Of a stretch of DNA of 42,353 nt, positions 27,337 through 36,956 are shown in pieces; position 1 is the stretch's first letter; every line of letters begins with the position of its first letter. The notes under the pieces were generated by a model. The model saw only the letters and a program-made list of their open reading frames with translations, did not search any database and had not been told where the DNA came from. The DNA lies in assembly GCA_044345055.1 (NCBI GenBank), contig JBIJBT010000014.1, positions 1 through 42,353 of the forward strand. The letters run 5' to 3'. This stretch comes from Bdellovibrionota bacterium (lineage in GTDB: Bacteria; Bdellovibrionota_C; UBA2361; OMIW01). Position numbers and translations under genes: made by a program.

Positions 27337-28359
27337 ATGTACCCGCCCTTTTTTCGACGAATTTTGTTCCTTTTGCTCCCTCTCAGCTGTTTGTGGCTTG
27401 TTTCATGCTCAAAACCTATTCCCGTTGTGGTTGCTCATGTTACCAAGGCGCCGATTGAGGCGACTATTTCGGCGGTGAATGCGGGGACTGTTACTGCTGA
27501 GAGAGCTGCTGAACTCTCGTTTGGTACTGTCGGAATCGTTGCTCATGTTCATGTTGCGGTAGGGGACCAGGTGAAAGAGGGTCAAATTATCGCCGAGCTA
27601 GAGAATGGAGAGCTTAAAACAGCGCTCAACAATGCCGAGCGAGATGTCGTTCGAGCAAAACAGCTTTTTTCGCGAAAAGTTCTCGCGCCAACCGAGTTAG
27701 AGGCTGCGGTAAAGGCACTCGATATCGCTCAGGCAGCTTTCGAAAAAAGTGTCATTCGCGCCCCTTTTTCGGGCTTAATCACGGAGGAAAATCTCGAAAT
27801 TGGCCAACTCTCTCAGGTTACAACACCAACGGCTCAGGCGCTTCTTCGGCTGGTTGATTTAGAGAGAAGATACGTCGTCGCTGATATCGACGAGGTTGAT
27901 CTTCCTCATCTAAAGCTTGGTATGACCGCGCGGATCACAATTTTGGCGAAACGGCGCGAACCATTTATTGGTACAGTAAGAAAAATCGTTCCATTCGTGA
28001 GTACAAAAAAAGAACAGGATCGCACCACTCTCATTGAGCTTGAGGTAGCAGATGCTGGCGATCGGCTTCCCGTTGGCGCATCAGCCGAGGTCGAAATCGT
28101 CGCTGATAACCGCATTGATGCGATCGCAGTCCCAACGCGGGCGCTTCTTGGACGGAGTGATGAGCGGTATCTATTCACCATCAACGAAGGAAAGCTTAAG
28201 CGCATCGTAGTGAAGCTCGGTCTTCAAAGCTACGATCGCTCTGAGGTACTCGAGGGAATTACTGAAGGCACCACCGTTGTTTTTCCACCAGTCGATACCG
28301 AGCTCAAGGATGGCCTCGCGGTCACAATCCAATCGGAGGACTCAAAGTGGCTCTCATAG
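27337..28359 (+). CDS. Efflux periplasmic adaptor subunit (MacA/HlyD-like)
   Basis: Lipobox LVS-C, V.VGDQVKEGQ, IRAPFSG, IDEVDL, AVPTRAL. Confidence 0.9.
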   Translation: MYPPFFRRILFLLLPLSCLWLVSCSKPIPVVVAHVTKAPIEATISAVNAGTVTAERAAELSFGTVGIVAHVHVAVGDQVKEGQIIAELENGELKTALNNAERDVVRAKQLFSRKVLAPTELEAAVKALDIAQAAFEKSVIRAPFSGLITEENLEIGQLSQVTTPTAQALLRLVDLERRYVVADIDEVDLPHLKLGMTARITILAKRREPFIGTVRKIVPFVSTKKEQDRTTLIELEVADAGDRLPVGASAEVEIVADNRIDAIAVPTRALLGRSDERYLFTINEGKLKRIVVKLGLQSYDRSEVLEGITEGTTVVFPPVDTELKDGLAVTIQSEDSKWLS

Positions 28360-29027
28360 AGACCCAGGGATTGAGTAAAACTTTTGTTCGTGGGGATGAA
28401 ACTATCTACGCCCTCCGCTCAGTTTCTCTTTCGATTAAATCGGGGGAATTTGTCTCGATTATCGGTCCTTCAGGATCGGGAAAATCAACACTGATGTATA
28501 TTCTCGGGCTTCTCGATAAGCCAACAAGTGGTCTCTACCTGCTCGATGGTGCGCGAGTGGATAATCTGACCGACAGCGAGAGAGCGGCTCTGCGCAATCA
28601 AAAAATTGGATTTGTTTTTCAGGGATTTCACCTACTTCCGCGCGAAGACTCGATTCGCAACGTACTTTTGCCACTCGTTTACACTTCTGGCGTATCACCT
28701 CAAGCAGCGTATGAACGTGCATCCGAGTGTCTTGAACGGGTGGGACTGCGAGATCGGATGCGCCATCGACCAAATGAGCTTTCAGGAGGACAGCGCCAAC
28801 GGGTAGCGATAGCTCGGGCGCTCGTCAACAATCCTTCGATTATATTTGCTGATGAACCAACCGGAAATCTCGATTCAAAGACAGGCGCGAGTATCCTCGC
28901 CCTCTTTCAGGAACTTCACACAAGCGGCGTTACAATCGTACTCGTCACCCACGATCCAACGATCGCTGCGCGGGCAGAGCGGCGCATTCGGGTTCAGGAT
29001 GGTGTTGCCTCAGAGGAGGGAGTATGA
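28347..29027 (+). CDS. ABC transporter ATP-binding protein (MacB/LolD type)
   Basis: [37 protein letters not shown]. Confidence 0.95.
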   Translation: MALIETQGLSKTFVRGDETIYALRSVSLSIKSGEFVSIIGPSGSGKSTLMYILGLLDKPTSGLYLLDGARVDNLTDSERAALRNQKIGFVFQGFHLLPREDSIRNVLLPLVYTSGVSPQAAYERASECLERVGLRDRMRHRPNELSGGQRQRVAIARALVNNPSIIFADEPTGNLDSKTGASILALFQELHTSGVTIVLVTHDPTIAARAERRIRVQDGVASEEGV

Positions 29028-30232
29028 GATTTTTTGAAACAGTGCGCATTTCTGCCTCTGCACTTCTTGCCAATCGCTCTCGTACCGCTCTTACGATGCT
29101 TGGCCTGATTATCGGCGTTGCTGCCGTAATCATGCTTGTTTCGATCGGAAATGGGGTGCGCACATTTGTGATGAGTGAATTTGAATCACTCGGTAGCAAC
29201 CTCATTATTATTCAACCCGGCAAAAGTGATCGCCGTTCCCATTTCGGTCCTCCCGTTGGATTGAGTAATAATCGGATGACTCTCGAAGATATCAGGGCGA
29301 TAGAGCGTCGAGCATTTAATATCAATGCGGTCTCGGGAGTTGTCATCGGTAATGCGACGATCTCTCATCTCGATGCAGCTCATAACGCGATGGTTTTCGG
29401 CGCAAATGAGCAGTTTTTGAAGATCATAACTCTCAACATTCAATATGGCGGGTATTTTTCCAGAGAAGAAGATGAATTTGGCAGACGGGTTGTAGTGCTT
29501 GGAAGAAAAGTCGCTAATAGTCTGTTTGGTGATGAATATGCCGTGGGGCGGGTTATCGGCGTTAATGAACATCGCTATCGTGTAATCGGCGTACTTGCTC
29601 CTACTGGTCACAAGGTCGGACTCGATGTTGATAACCTCATCTTTGTACCTACTCGCTCAGCATTACGGCTTTTCAACACCGATCGGTTGTTCGGTATTCG
29701 TGCAACAGCTCGCACCCGCGGGAGTGTTGACGATGCTGTTGCGGAGATCTCTGAGATATTAAAGGAACGTAACAACGGTGAGGATGATTTTACCGTCGTA
29801 ACTCAGGGCGCGCTCATGTCGAGTATCGAAAATATATTGTCGATGCTCACCTATGTGCTCGGAGGAATAGCTGCGATATCGATGCTGGTCGGAGGAATTG
29901 GCATCATGAACATTATGTTCGTGACGGTGACTGAGCGAATATCTGAAATCGGATTACGGCGGGCAGTGGGTGCAACAAAACGTAATATCGTATCTCAGTT
30001 TCTTCTTGAGGCGGTGATGCTTTCACTGCTTGGGGGGGCTATCGGAGTGGGATTCGCTTCGGGGGTCGGTATTGGAGCATCGGCTTTTTTTGAGAAATTC
30101 GATCTCACACCGCCGTGGTGGATCGTACTTCCCGCTTTTGGTCTTTCGATTCTTGTTGGAGTAGTTTTTGGAGTACTTCCCGCAATACGAGCGGCCCGAA
30201 TAGAGCCGCTCGAGGCGCTGCGACACGAGTAG
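29024..30232 (+). CDS. ABC transporter permease (MacB/FtsX family)
   Basis: RTALTMLGLIIGVAAVI, LVGGIGIMNIM.VTVTER..EIGLRRAVGA, PAIRAARIEPLEALRHE. Confidence 0.95.
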   Translation: MRFFETVRISASALLANRSRTALTMLGLIIGVAAVIMLVSIGNGVRTFVMSEFESLGSNLIIIQPGKSDRRSHFGPPVGLSNNRMTLEDIRAIERRAFNINAVSGVVIGNATISHLDAAHNAMVFGANEQFLKIITLNIQYGGYFSREEDEFGRRVVVLGRKVANSLFGDEYAVGRVIGVNEHRYRVIGVLAPTGHKVGLDVDNLIFVPTRSALRLFNTDRLFGIRATARTRGSVDDAVAEISEILKERNNGEDDFTVVTQGALMSSIENILSMLTYVLGGIAAISMLVGGIGIMNIMFVTVTERISEIGLRRAVGATKRNIVSQFLLEAVMLSLLGGAIGVGFASGVGIGASAFFEKFDLTPPWWIVLPAFGLSILVGVVFGVLPAIRAARIEPLEALRHE

Positions 30233-30238
30233 CTTAAA

Positions 30239-30574
30239 TTACCCCTTAGCGGTCACTCGACGCGCATCAAGGTCGCTATCGGAGAGACCTGCAACCGCAT
30301 CAGCATTCATCTGAATAAACTCCTGCATATCAGCAGGCACCCCAGTATCCTCATAAATCGCCTCAACCGGGCACTCAGTTTCACACGCGCCACAATTTAT
30401 GCATTCATCAGGATTAATGACGAGCATCCCCGGATCGTCATCGGTCTTCGCCTTTCGGCCATATTTGTCGTTCAGCTTTGGATCGTTGTAGTTGTAAAAA
30501 CAATCAACGGGGCATACCTCGACACAAGAACGATCCTTGGTTCCGAGACAACGAAGAGTAATAACGTACGCCAT
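30239..30574 (-). CDS. Dicluster (7Fe-type) ferredoxin
   Basis: MAYVIT..C.GTKDRSCVEVCPVDC and INPDECINCGACETECPVEAI. Confidence 0.92.
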   Translation of the reverse strand: MAYVITLRCLGTKDRSCVEVCPVDCFYNYNDPKLNDKYGRKAKTDDDPGMLVINPDECINCGACETECPVEAIYEDTGVPADMQEFIQMNADAVAGLSDSDLDARRVTAKG

Positions 30575-30759
30575 CGATACACCTGAGAAAAAATAAGGGG
30601 AAGATATGAGCTCCTATTCGGTCGGGCATCTTAATGACCGCACCGAAGAGCTTAGGATTGTACCCAACTATCTTAATAAAGCTCAACACCTGAAGATGGA
30701 GCCCGCTTTCCGCTCCCTTGAATCAACCGATTAAAACAGGTATAACTCTTATCAATTGA

Positions 30760-30832
30760 GGCCCGATAGCCAAGTTGGCTAAGGCAGCGGTTTGCAAAAC
30801 CGCGATCGCCGGTTCGAATCCGGCTCGGGCCT
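30760..30832 (+). tRNA. tRNA-Cys(GCA)
   Basis: Acceptor GGCCCGA/TCGGGCC, anticodon arm GCGGT-TTGCAAA-ACCGC, T arm GCCGG-TTCGAAT-CCGGC, U discriminator. Confidence 0.96.
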
Positions 30833-30878
30833 TTTCTCCGTCCCTTGTCCCTAACTCCTCCCTCCCGACGAAAATCTC

Positions 30879-31244
30879 ATGCCGATAGCCTTCTACAAAA
30901 TTCTCCACTTAATCTCGGCATTTGCTATCTTTGCAGTGCTCGGCGGTGTCCTCATGTCAGCCGCCAACGGCGTGACCAAAGAGGGAAATCAGTGGCGGAA
31001 AAAGGCATCAATTACTCACGGCGTGGGATTATTGCTTCTTTTTATATCTGGCTTTGGACTCCTCGCGAAAAATGGTCTGGGGTTCCCCGCTTGGGCCGGA
31101 ATTAAAATTGTGCTCTGGTTATCCCTCGGCGCCCTTCTTCCCCTTGCTTATCGAGCAAACACCGCACGAGCCAAGCTTTGGTGGGCTCTCCTTACCATAG
31201 CTTTTATCGCCGCCTATGTGGGTGTCTCTTGGCGCGAGTGGTAA
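30879..31244 (+). CDS. Small 4-TM membrane protein (SirB2-like)
   Basis: YKILHL, HGVGLLLLFISG, W..IKIVLW motifs. Confidence 0.65.
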   Translation: MPIAFYKILHLISAFAIFAVLGGVLMSAANGVTKEGNQWRKKASITHGVGLLLLFISGFGLLAKNGLGFPAWAGIKIVLWLSLGALLPLAYRANTARAKLWWALLTIAFIAAYVGVSWREW

Positions 31245-31357
31245 GAGACTTCTCTTCTCACTTTTCCCCTAGACGGAACTAAACTCCTCTGCAAGCATTT
31301 CCGACACGCTGCCTTTACCGAAGCGCATCGCGGAAATCCATTACCGAGGAGTACTGT

Positions 31358-32662
31358 ATGAGCACACAAAAACCAGCCTCTACGCCATCAATCGACGAAT
31401 CGCTTTACTCGACCCAGACGAGGCTCATTTACGGTAAGTCGCTCTCCTCTCAGTGGGATTTTTCTCATCACGTAATTCCACCATTAACGACATCGAGCAG
31501 CTTTCGGCTAGGATCCGCGGAACGGGGAGCCCAGGGATTTTTCGAGGTGGGACGCTCAAGCGATGAAGCACCTATCTACATCTACGATCGACTCGGCGAG
31601 CCAACTGGCAATATGCTGCAAGACGCGCTCGCTACCGCGGAGGGCGGTGAGATTGCTGTGACATTTGCGTCGGGAATGGCGGCAATATCTGGTGCACTCC
31701 TTGCCGTTGTAAAAGCAGGTGACGAGATTATCGCTCACGATACGTTATACGGCTGTACCTACAGTCTACTTACAAATTGGTTATCGCGGCTTGGTTGTAC
31801 AGTTATCTTTGCCGATTTAAGCGATCCAGAGACTCTTCCTTCACTTATAACAGAAAAAACAAGGGTGGTGTATCTTGAATCACCAGTGAATCCCACACTG
31901 ACGATGATTGATCCCCGAGCGATATCGGCAGTCCTTCGCTCAGAAAATGAGAAAAGATCACCCGAGAAAAAAATTCTCTCTATTTTTGATAACACATTTG
32001 CGACTCCCTTTGGTCAGCGGCCGTTGCAACACGGGATTGATATCGTCGTCCACAGTCTCACGAAGGGTATCTGTGGATTTGGGACCGAGCTTGGTGGCGC
32101 TGTTATCACCAGCAAAGAGCTCTACAGCTCGCTCTGCCTCGTGCGTAAAGATTTTGGGGGTATCCTATCTCCGGCATCCGCGTGGCATATTCTCGTGTAT
32201 GGACTCTCAACTCTCGCGCTCCGGCTCCCCCAGCAACAGAGAAACGCCCTCGAAGTTGCCCAATTTTTAGAAAATCACCCTGCGGTTGAATCGGTCTGTT
32301 ATCCAGGTCTTGAATCTTTTCCGCAGCAACAGCTCGCTCACGAGGTTCTTCGGGATTTCGATGGCAATTTTGCTCCCGGTTTTGTTTTATATTTCCGGCT
32401 CGGAGGAGATAATCCGCGTGCTCGAGGCGAGAGATTGATGAATTACATAGCAAATAACGCCTACTGCATCACCCTTGCGGTCAGCCTCGGTCAACTCCGC
32501 ACCCTTATAGAGCACCCCGCATCAATGACCCACTCGGCCTACCTCCCAAACGACCCAAGAGGCCACAATCTCGATGCTGGAGGAATAAGGCTGGCGGTAG
32601 GATTAGAGCGCGCTGCGGATATTATTCGGGACCTTGAGATGAGTTTAGGGGCGATTGGGTGA
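31358..32662 (+). CDS. Cys/Met metabolism PLP enzyme, likely methionine gamma-lyase
   Basis: Y.RLG.PT, FASGMAAI, LYGCT (Cys typical of Met gamma-lyase), DNTFATP, HSLTK, AVSLG...LIEHPASMTH. Confidence 0.85.
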   Translation: MSTQKPASTPSIDESLYSTQTRLIYGKSLSSQWDFSHHVIPPLTTSSSFRLGSAERGAQGFFEVGRSSDEAPIYIYDRLGEPTGNMLQDALATAEGGEIAVTFASGMAAISGALLAVVKAGDEIIAHDTLYGCTYSLLTNWLSRLGCTVIFADLSDPETLPSLITEKTRVVYLESPVNPTLTMIDPRAISAVLRSENEKRSPEKKILSIFDNTFATPFGQRPLQHGIDIVVHSLTKGICGFGTELGGAVITSKELYSSLCLVRKDFGGILSPASAWHILVYGLSTLALRLPQQQRNALEVAQFLENHPAVESVCYPGLESFPQQQLAHEVLRDFDGNFAPGFVLYFRLGGDNPRARGERLMNYIANNAYCITLAVSLGQLRTLIEHPASMTHSAYLPNDPRGHNLDAGGIRLAVGLERAADIIRDLEMSLGAIG

Positions 32663-32857
32663 GGGGGAAGGTTGCAATTTGGAGAGGTGTATTTTAGGAT
32701 TTCGGGGCTCTATGCTTCACAAAGATGAAGTTTTCGTTTTGCGATCTGAAAAAGATGAAGTTTTGGAAGTGGGATGAGGCTGCGCAGAAACTAACTCTAA
32801 CGTTGTCCGGTGCAACCTTAGAGTTTTCGAGGGAGATAGTAAAAGATTCTCCACCAT

Positions 32858-33039
32858 TCATGGGGGGCTTCGTAGCCTCGGCCACAGGGTTCGAAGGCAC
32901 CCTCATCCTGGGTGGTCAATCCTCCCGGGTTGAAATCAAGCCAAACCGAGTCCAGTCCTCGGAGCCTGAGATAACGGAGGATTAGTCCACCCCCGGGCTC
33001 TTAAGTTGCAGGTTTTCACCCCGGAACGCTCGCCTATGG
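32858..33039 (+). ncRNA. ssrS: Candidate 6S RNA (rod-like, about 180 nt)
   Basis: Closing stem CAUGGGGGGCUUC/GAACGCUCGCCUAUG, central bubble, inner stems GGGUGG/CCACCC and AAUCCUCC/GGAGGAUU, apical CCGAG/CUCGG followed by AGCCUG; G-U pairs favour the plus strand. Confidence 0.5.
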
Positions 33040-33120
33040 CAGCCTGTCCGGGGTTTCTCTCTCCTTGAGTTCGCACATGCATCCCGATCCGCTGAGCGGC
33101 TCTTAATTACTCGCCCCTGC

Positions 33121-33402
33121 TTATACCTCCACCGAAACCTCGCTTCCATCGAGCCTTAATACCCGCACCCGTTCCTCAGCCTGATTCAGAAGAGAACGCA
33201 AATGCTTTAATAATAAGCTCCCCAGCTCGTACGATTGCACGGCCTGATCGAGCGATATTTCGCCGCTTTCAACCCGAGAGACAAGCTCCTGTAGCAAAGC
33301 CTGCCCCTCTTCAAAACGGAGCGTCGCGATTGCGGTTGCAGGTTCCGAAGATGCCATCAACTCCGCTAATGTCGGAAAACTCTTTGCGTTTGTTTTTGCC
33401 AT
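33121..33402 (-). CDS. xseB: Exodeoxyribonuclease VII small subunit
   Basis: FEEG...L.ELV.RVESGEISLDQAVQSYELG..L.....LNQAEERV. Confidence 0.9.
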   Translation of the reverse strand: MAKTNAKSFPTLAELMASSEPATAIATLRFEEGQALLQELVSRVESGEISLDQAVQSYELGSLLLKHLRSLLNQAEERVRVLRLDGSEVSVEV

Positions 33403-33530
33403 GATAAAACGACCTCTCTGAAAGCATCATCTCGACCGGTATTGCGAAGCAGATGCTCGTCCTCGAATACGTTTCAATGGTATATCATGTAACAAGTAAA
33501 TTGATAACCTGCATCGGCTGATTTTCAAAT

Positions 33531-34169
33531 ATGACTCAGGTAACACACAAAACCATCCGCAAATCATCTCTGCGTTCCGCCATATTTAAACTTATATACC
33601 TTATCGCGGCACTTCTCGCTTTTCCGCTTTGCGCCTTTCCACCCTCCACCCAAAGCTCTGCTCAATCCTCGTTTACTGCCACTGTTTCCGATGTAGTTGA
33701 TGGAGATACCGTTCGGCTTGCATTCCCCGAAGGGAAAGAATCAGTTCGCCTAATTGGGATCGACACAATGGAATCGAGGGAAAATCAACGGGCCTATCGA
33801 CAGGCAGTTACGTTCGGAGTTTCTTTGCGAACAGTTCTCTCTCTCGGAAAGGAGGCGAGCCGACATCTTGCAACTCTCCTTCCTCGGGGAGCCACGGTCA
33901 CGGTTGAATATGATCGGCGTAAACGGGACAAATATGGCCGGAGGCTTGCGTATCTCTTTGGAGGTGATGGAGTAATGCTTAATGAAAAGATGCTCGCTGA
34001 TGGTTATGCAGCGACTCTTCCGATATCACCAAATCTTCGGTATCAGGACCGATTCTCAGCGGTAACAACAAAAGCAGCGGCAGAAGGGCGCGGTATTTGG
34101 AGTCGGATATCGTTTGCTCGTGCTTCGGAAAGCAAGCTCCCTCCCAAAAAAAAGGCCAATCATGACTGA
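33531..34169 (+). CDS. Thermonuclease (SNase-like) family secreted nuclease
   Basis: VVDGDT, VRLIGIDT.E, DKYGRRLAY, NEKMLADGYA, A....RGIW. Confidence 0.92.
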   Translation: MTQVTHKTIRKSSLRSAIFKLIYLIAALLAFPLCAFPPSTQSSAQSSFTATVSDVVDGDTVRLAFPEGKESVRLIGIDTMESRENQRAYRQAVTFGVSLRTVLSLGKEASRHLATLLPRGATVTVEYDRRKRDKYGRRLAYLFGGDGVMLNEKMLADGYAATLPISPNLRYQDRFSAVTTKAAAEGRGIWSRISFARASESKLPPKKKANHD

Positions 34170-36321
34170 TCCTGCTCGCCTCTACTATCGGTATCGGGTT
34201 GAGGGAATGGATTGTGCCTCGTGCGCAGCTGCGATCGAGAGGGAGCTAAAAAAACGGGGGGCTCTTGAGGTATCGCTTAATTACGCGCTACAAAGCCTGC
34301 TGATTGCGATCCCAGCCGGAGAACGCTCTGAATCTTTTATCGATGCAGTCAAAAAAATAGGATATCGCCTCATTCCGATCTCATCTCAACTCACCGTTGC
34401 ACCTCCACCCGCATCGCCCCCAACGATCCATCTTATTGCCTCACTTCTACTCACCATACCTCTGTGGCTAGGAATGGTGATCCATATCTCGGCTCTTCAC
34501 GACCCCATCGTAACTTTAAGCCTTGCTACCGCTGCGTGTGCTATCGGGCTTTCAAAAATCGGCCCTGGGGCAATTCGCTCGGCGATAGGGGGTTATCCAA
34601 CGATGGAAACCCTTATCGTTATTGGAGCTACTACGAGTCTAATCGCAGGATTTGGTGCCTATTTTATGGCGGGCGAAGAGGGCCCGATTATGGGCCACCA
34701 TCTCGTTGAAACAGCCGCCTCGATCATCACATTTGCGTTATTGGGTCAGGTACTCGAAAAGCGGGCGCTTGCTCACACAGGAGAAGCGATGCACGACCTG
34801 GTTCGGCTTTCGCCGGAGACCGCGGTAATTGTTCGTGGTGTCGGAGCTGATGCTGAAACGGAGAGAGTCGCGTGTGAAACCCTTAAAGCCGATGATCGGG
34901 TGATCGTAAATGCAGGAGAGCGTATTCCGGGGGATGGAATAGTCTACTGGGGAGAGGGTCTGACCGATGAATCTCTCATTACCGGAGAGAGCGAGCTGGT
35001 TAAAAAAGAGCGAGGAGCACCAGTCATAGCAGGAACTCTGGTTAGTTCTGGATCGCTCAAAATTCGGCTTAATCGGGTCGGTGAAGAGTCGACCCTCGGG
35101 CAAATTATCACACTGCTTGCTGATAGCCAGCTTCATCGCCCGCAGATTCAGCGAATCGGCGACTCGGTAGGAGCAGTTTTTGTTCCCGCGGTTTGCGCTC
35201 TCTCAATCGGAACAGTGCTCATATCTTGGATACTCGGTATCCCATTTATCGATGCGCTTCTTCGGGGTATCGCCATTCTTGCAGCTTCATGCCCCTGCGC
35301 TGTTGGTCTGGCTACTCCGACAGCGATATCAGTTGCACTCGGTCGCGCGGCACGACACGGGATCTTGATTAAAGGGGGCGATATAATCGAAGCACTCGCC
35401 TCGATTAAGCAGGTGGGGTTCGATAAAACAGGTACTATTACGACCGGAGAGTTCTCTGTTTCATCGATTGAGGTTGCAACCATAGAGAATCAAGAGACAA
35501 TACGCGAATCAGAGCTTCGCTCAATTATCCGGTCGCTCGAATCTCATTCGACTCATCCCATCGCCCGCTCCCTAACTTCAGCGTTCAGCGATGCTCCCTT
35601 GATTGAGCTCTCTTCAGTTGAGGATCGAAGAAGCGAAGGTATTCGTGGGTATTCGTCACTAGGCGATATATTAGAAATTCGTCCAAATCCAGCAAGCGAC
35701 GATACGAAAGATACCGCTTTTTCACTCATCGTTTCACGGAATGGTGTGATTCTCGGGAGGATAACAATAGAAGATGAGCTTCATTTTGATGCGACTCAGG
35801 TAGTCGCTGCGCTACATCGACAGGGACGCACCACATTTCTCCTGAGCGGTGATACAAAAGAGCGTGTCGCCCGAATCGCCCATCACATAGCGGTTGAAAA
35901 TTTCCGTGCAGAGTGTTCACCAACCGAGAAGCTCGAAGAAATCCGTCTCCTTCGCACAAAAGGCTCAGTTCTCTTCATCGGTGACGGAGTAAATGACTCG
36001 CTCGCGCTTTCGGAGGCAACAGTCGGAATCGCAGTTCGGGGTGGTGCAGAAACAGCGATGAAAAGTGGCGATATTATTTTGTTAAACGGACAGCTTCGAC
36101 TTATACCGAGCCTACTCGAGCTCGGAGCGGCAACCTATCGGACTATCGTTCAGAATCTATTTTGGGCTTTCGGCTACAACCTAGTCGCGATTCCGCTTGC
36201 GATGGGTGGTATCCTCTCACCATCGTACGGAGCCCTTGCTATGGCTCTTTCTGATCTGATTGTCGTAGGCAACTCACTTCTTCTCGCTAAAAGAGCCTTA
36301 CCATCTGGAGAACTCAGCTAA
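34162..36321 (+). CDS. copA: Heavy-metal P1B-type ATPase, Cu(I)-type
   Basis: GMDCASC, TGES, CPC, DKTGT, HP, GDGVND, YN and MxxS motifs; ATG 34162 overlaps the nuclease gene end. Confidence 0.85.
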   Translation: MTDPARLYYRYRVEGMDCASCAAAIERELKKRGALEVSLNYALQSLLIAIPAGERSESFIDAVKKIGYRLIPISSQLTVAPPPASPPTIHLIASLLLTIPLWLGMVIHISALHDPIVTLSLATAACAIGLSKIGPGAIRSAIGGYPTMETLIVIGATTSLIAGFGAYFMAGEEGPIMGHHLVETAASIITFALLGQVLEKRALAHTGEAMHDLVRLSPETAVIVRGVGADAETERVACETLKADDRVIVNAGERIPGDGIVYWGEGLTDESLITGESELVKKERGAPVIAGTLVSSGSLKIRLNRVGEESTLGQIITLLADSQLHRPQIQRIGDSVGAVFVPAVCALSIGTVLISWILGIPFIDALLRGIAILAASCPCAVGLATPTAISVALGRAARHGILIKGGDIIEALASIKQVGFDKTGTITTGEFSVSSIEVATIENQETIRESELRSIIRSLESHSTHPIARSLTSAFSDAPLIELSSVEDRRSEGIRGYSSLGDILEIRPNPASDDTKDTAFSLIVSRNGVILGRITIEDELHFDATQVVAALHRQGRTTFLLSGDTKERVARIAHHIAVENFRAECSPTEKLEEIRLLRTKGSVLFIGDGVNDSLALSEATVGIAVRGGAETAMKSGDIILLNGQLRLIPSLLELGAATYRTIVQNLFWAFGYNLVAIPLAMGGILSPSYGALAMALSDLIVVGNSLLLAKRALPSGELS

Positions 36322-36365
36322 CTGTTTGATCACTTCAACTACCGCGACCATTACCACTGACCGAT

Positions 36366-36797
36366 TCAACCGTCACCCCGATCAACTACACGCCTTCGAC
36401 CTGCCTTGACTGCCGACCTTCCCCGCTTTCCCTCCAACCTCTCTCTTTCACTCGATCGGGTTTTTTTGGTCGGTATTCTCACCTTTCGCCGCTGTAAGCC
36501 AAGGGCAATAAGCTCGTGCAATCTTTCAATCACCCCTTTTTTATTGAGATTCTGCGTTCGGTGCTCCTGACTCGTGAGAACGATACAACCATCTGCATCG
36601 AGCCGCGCCTGAATTTCTCGATTGCGGCTTAATCGATCTTTTTGTTGCTCAGTGAGAATCCGCGATGACATAAAATCAAAATGAACGGTCACCTTTGTCT
36701 CAACTTTATTGACATTCTGCCCACCCGGTCCTCCCGATCGCGCAAAGGAAAAGGTCAATTCAGATTCAGGTATAGTGAGAGGAGCTCGATGAATCAT
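36366..36797 (-). CDS. arfB: Alternative ribosome rescue factor B
   Basis: RSGGPGGQNVNKV, QEHRTQ..N, basic tail RIPTKKT. Confidence 0.95.
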   Translation of the reverse strand: MIHRAPLTIPESELTFSFARSGGPGGQNVNKVETKVTVHFDFMSSRILTEQQKDRLSRNREIQARLDADGCIVLTSQEHRTQNLNKKGVIERLHELIALGLQRRKVRIPTKKTRSSERERLEGKRGRSAVKAGRRRVVDRGDG

Positions 36798-36956
36798 GAA
36801 ATGCCTTGTATAGGTTGAGTCTCTGAATTATTGATGATTTTCGCCAAAAAAATCACGATTTTCTCTCCCTCTGAACCATTCTGGCACGGCTATCATGAAG
36901 AGAGTATAATATCTTATTTTAGTCGCTGCTCTCCCACCACTTTCAATCAAAACCCG

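Noticed and set aside
32840..32900. Two-piece tmRNA, RNase P or SRP RNA suggested by CTCCACCA followed by GGGGGGC
   Set aside because: No T arm before the CCA, and no RNase P or SRP conserved core motifs
32725..32985. 86-aa CDS
   Set aside because: No recognisable motif, and its 3' half coincides with the strongly base-paired 6S-like RNA; not excluded but unsupported
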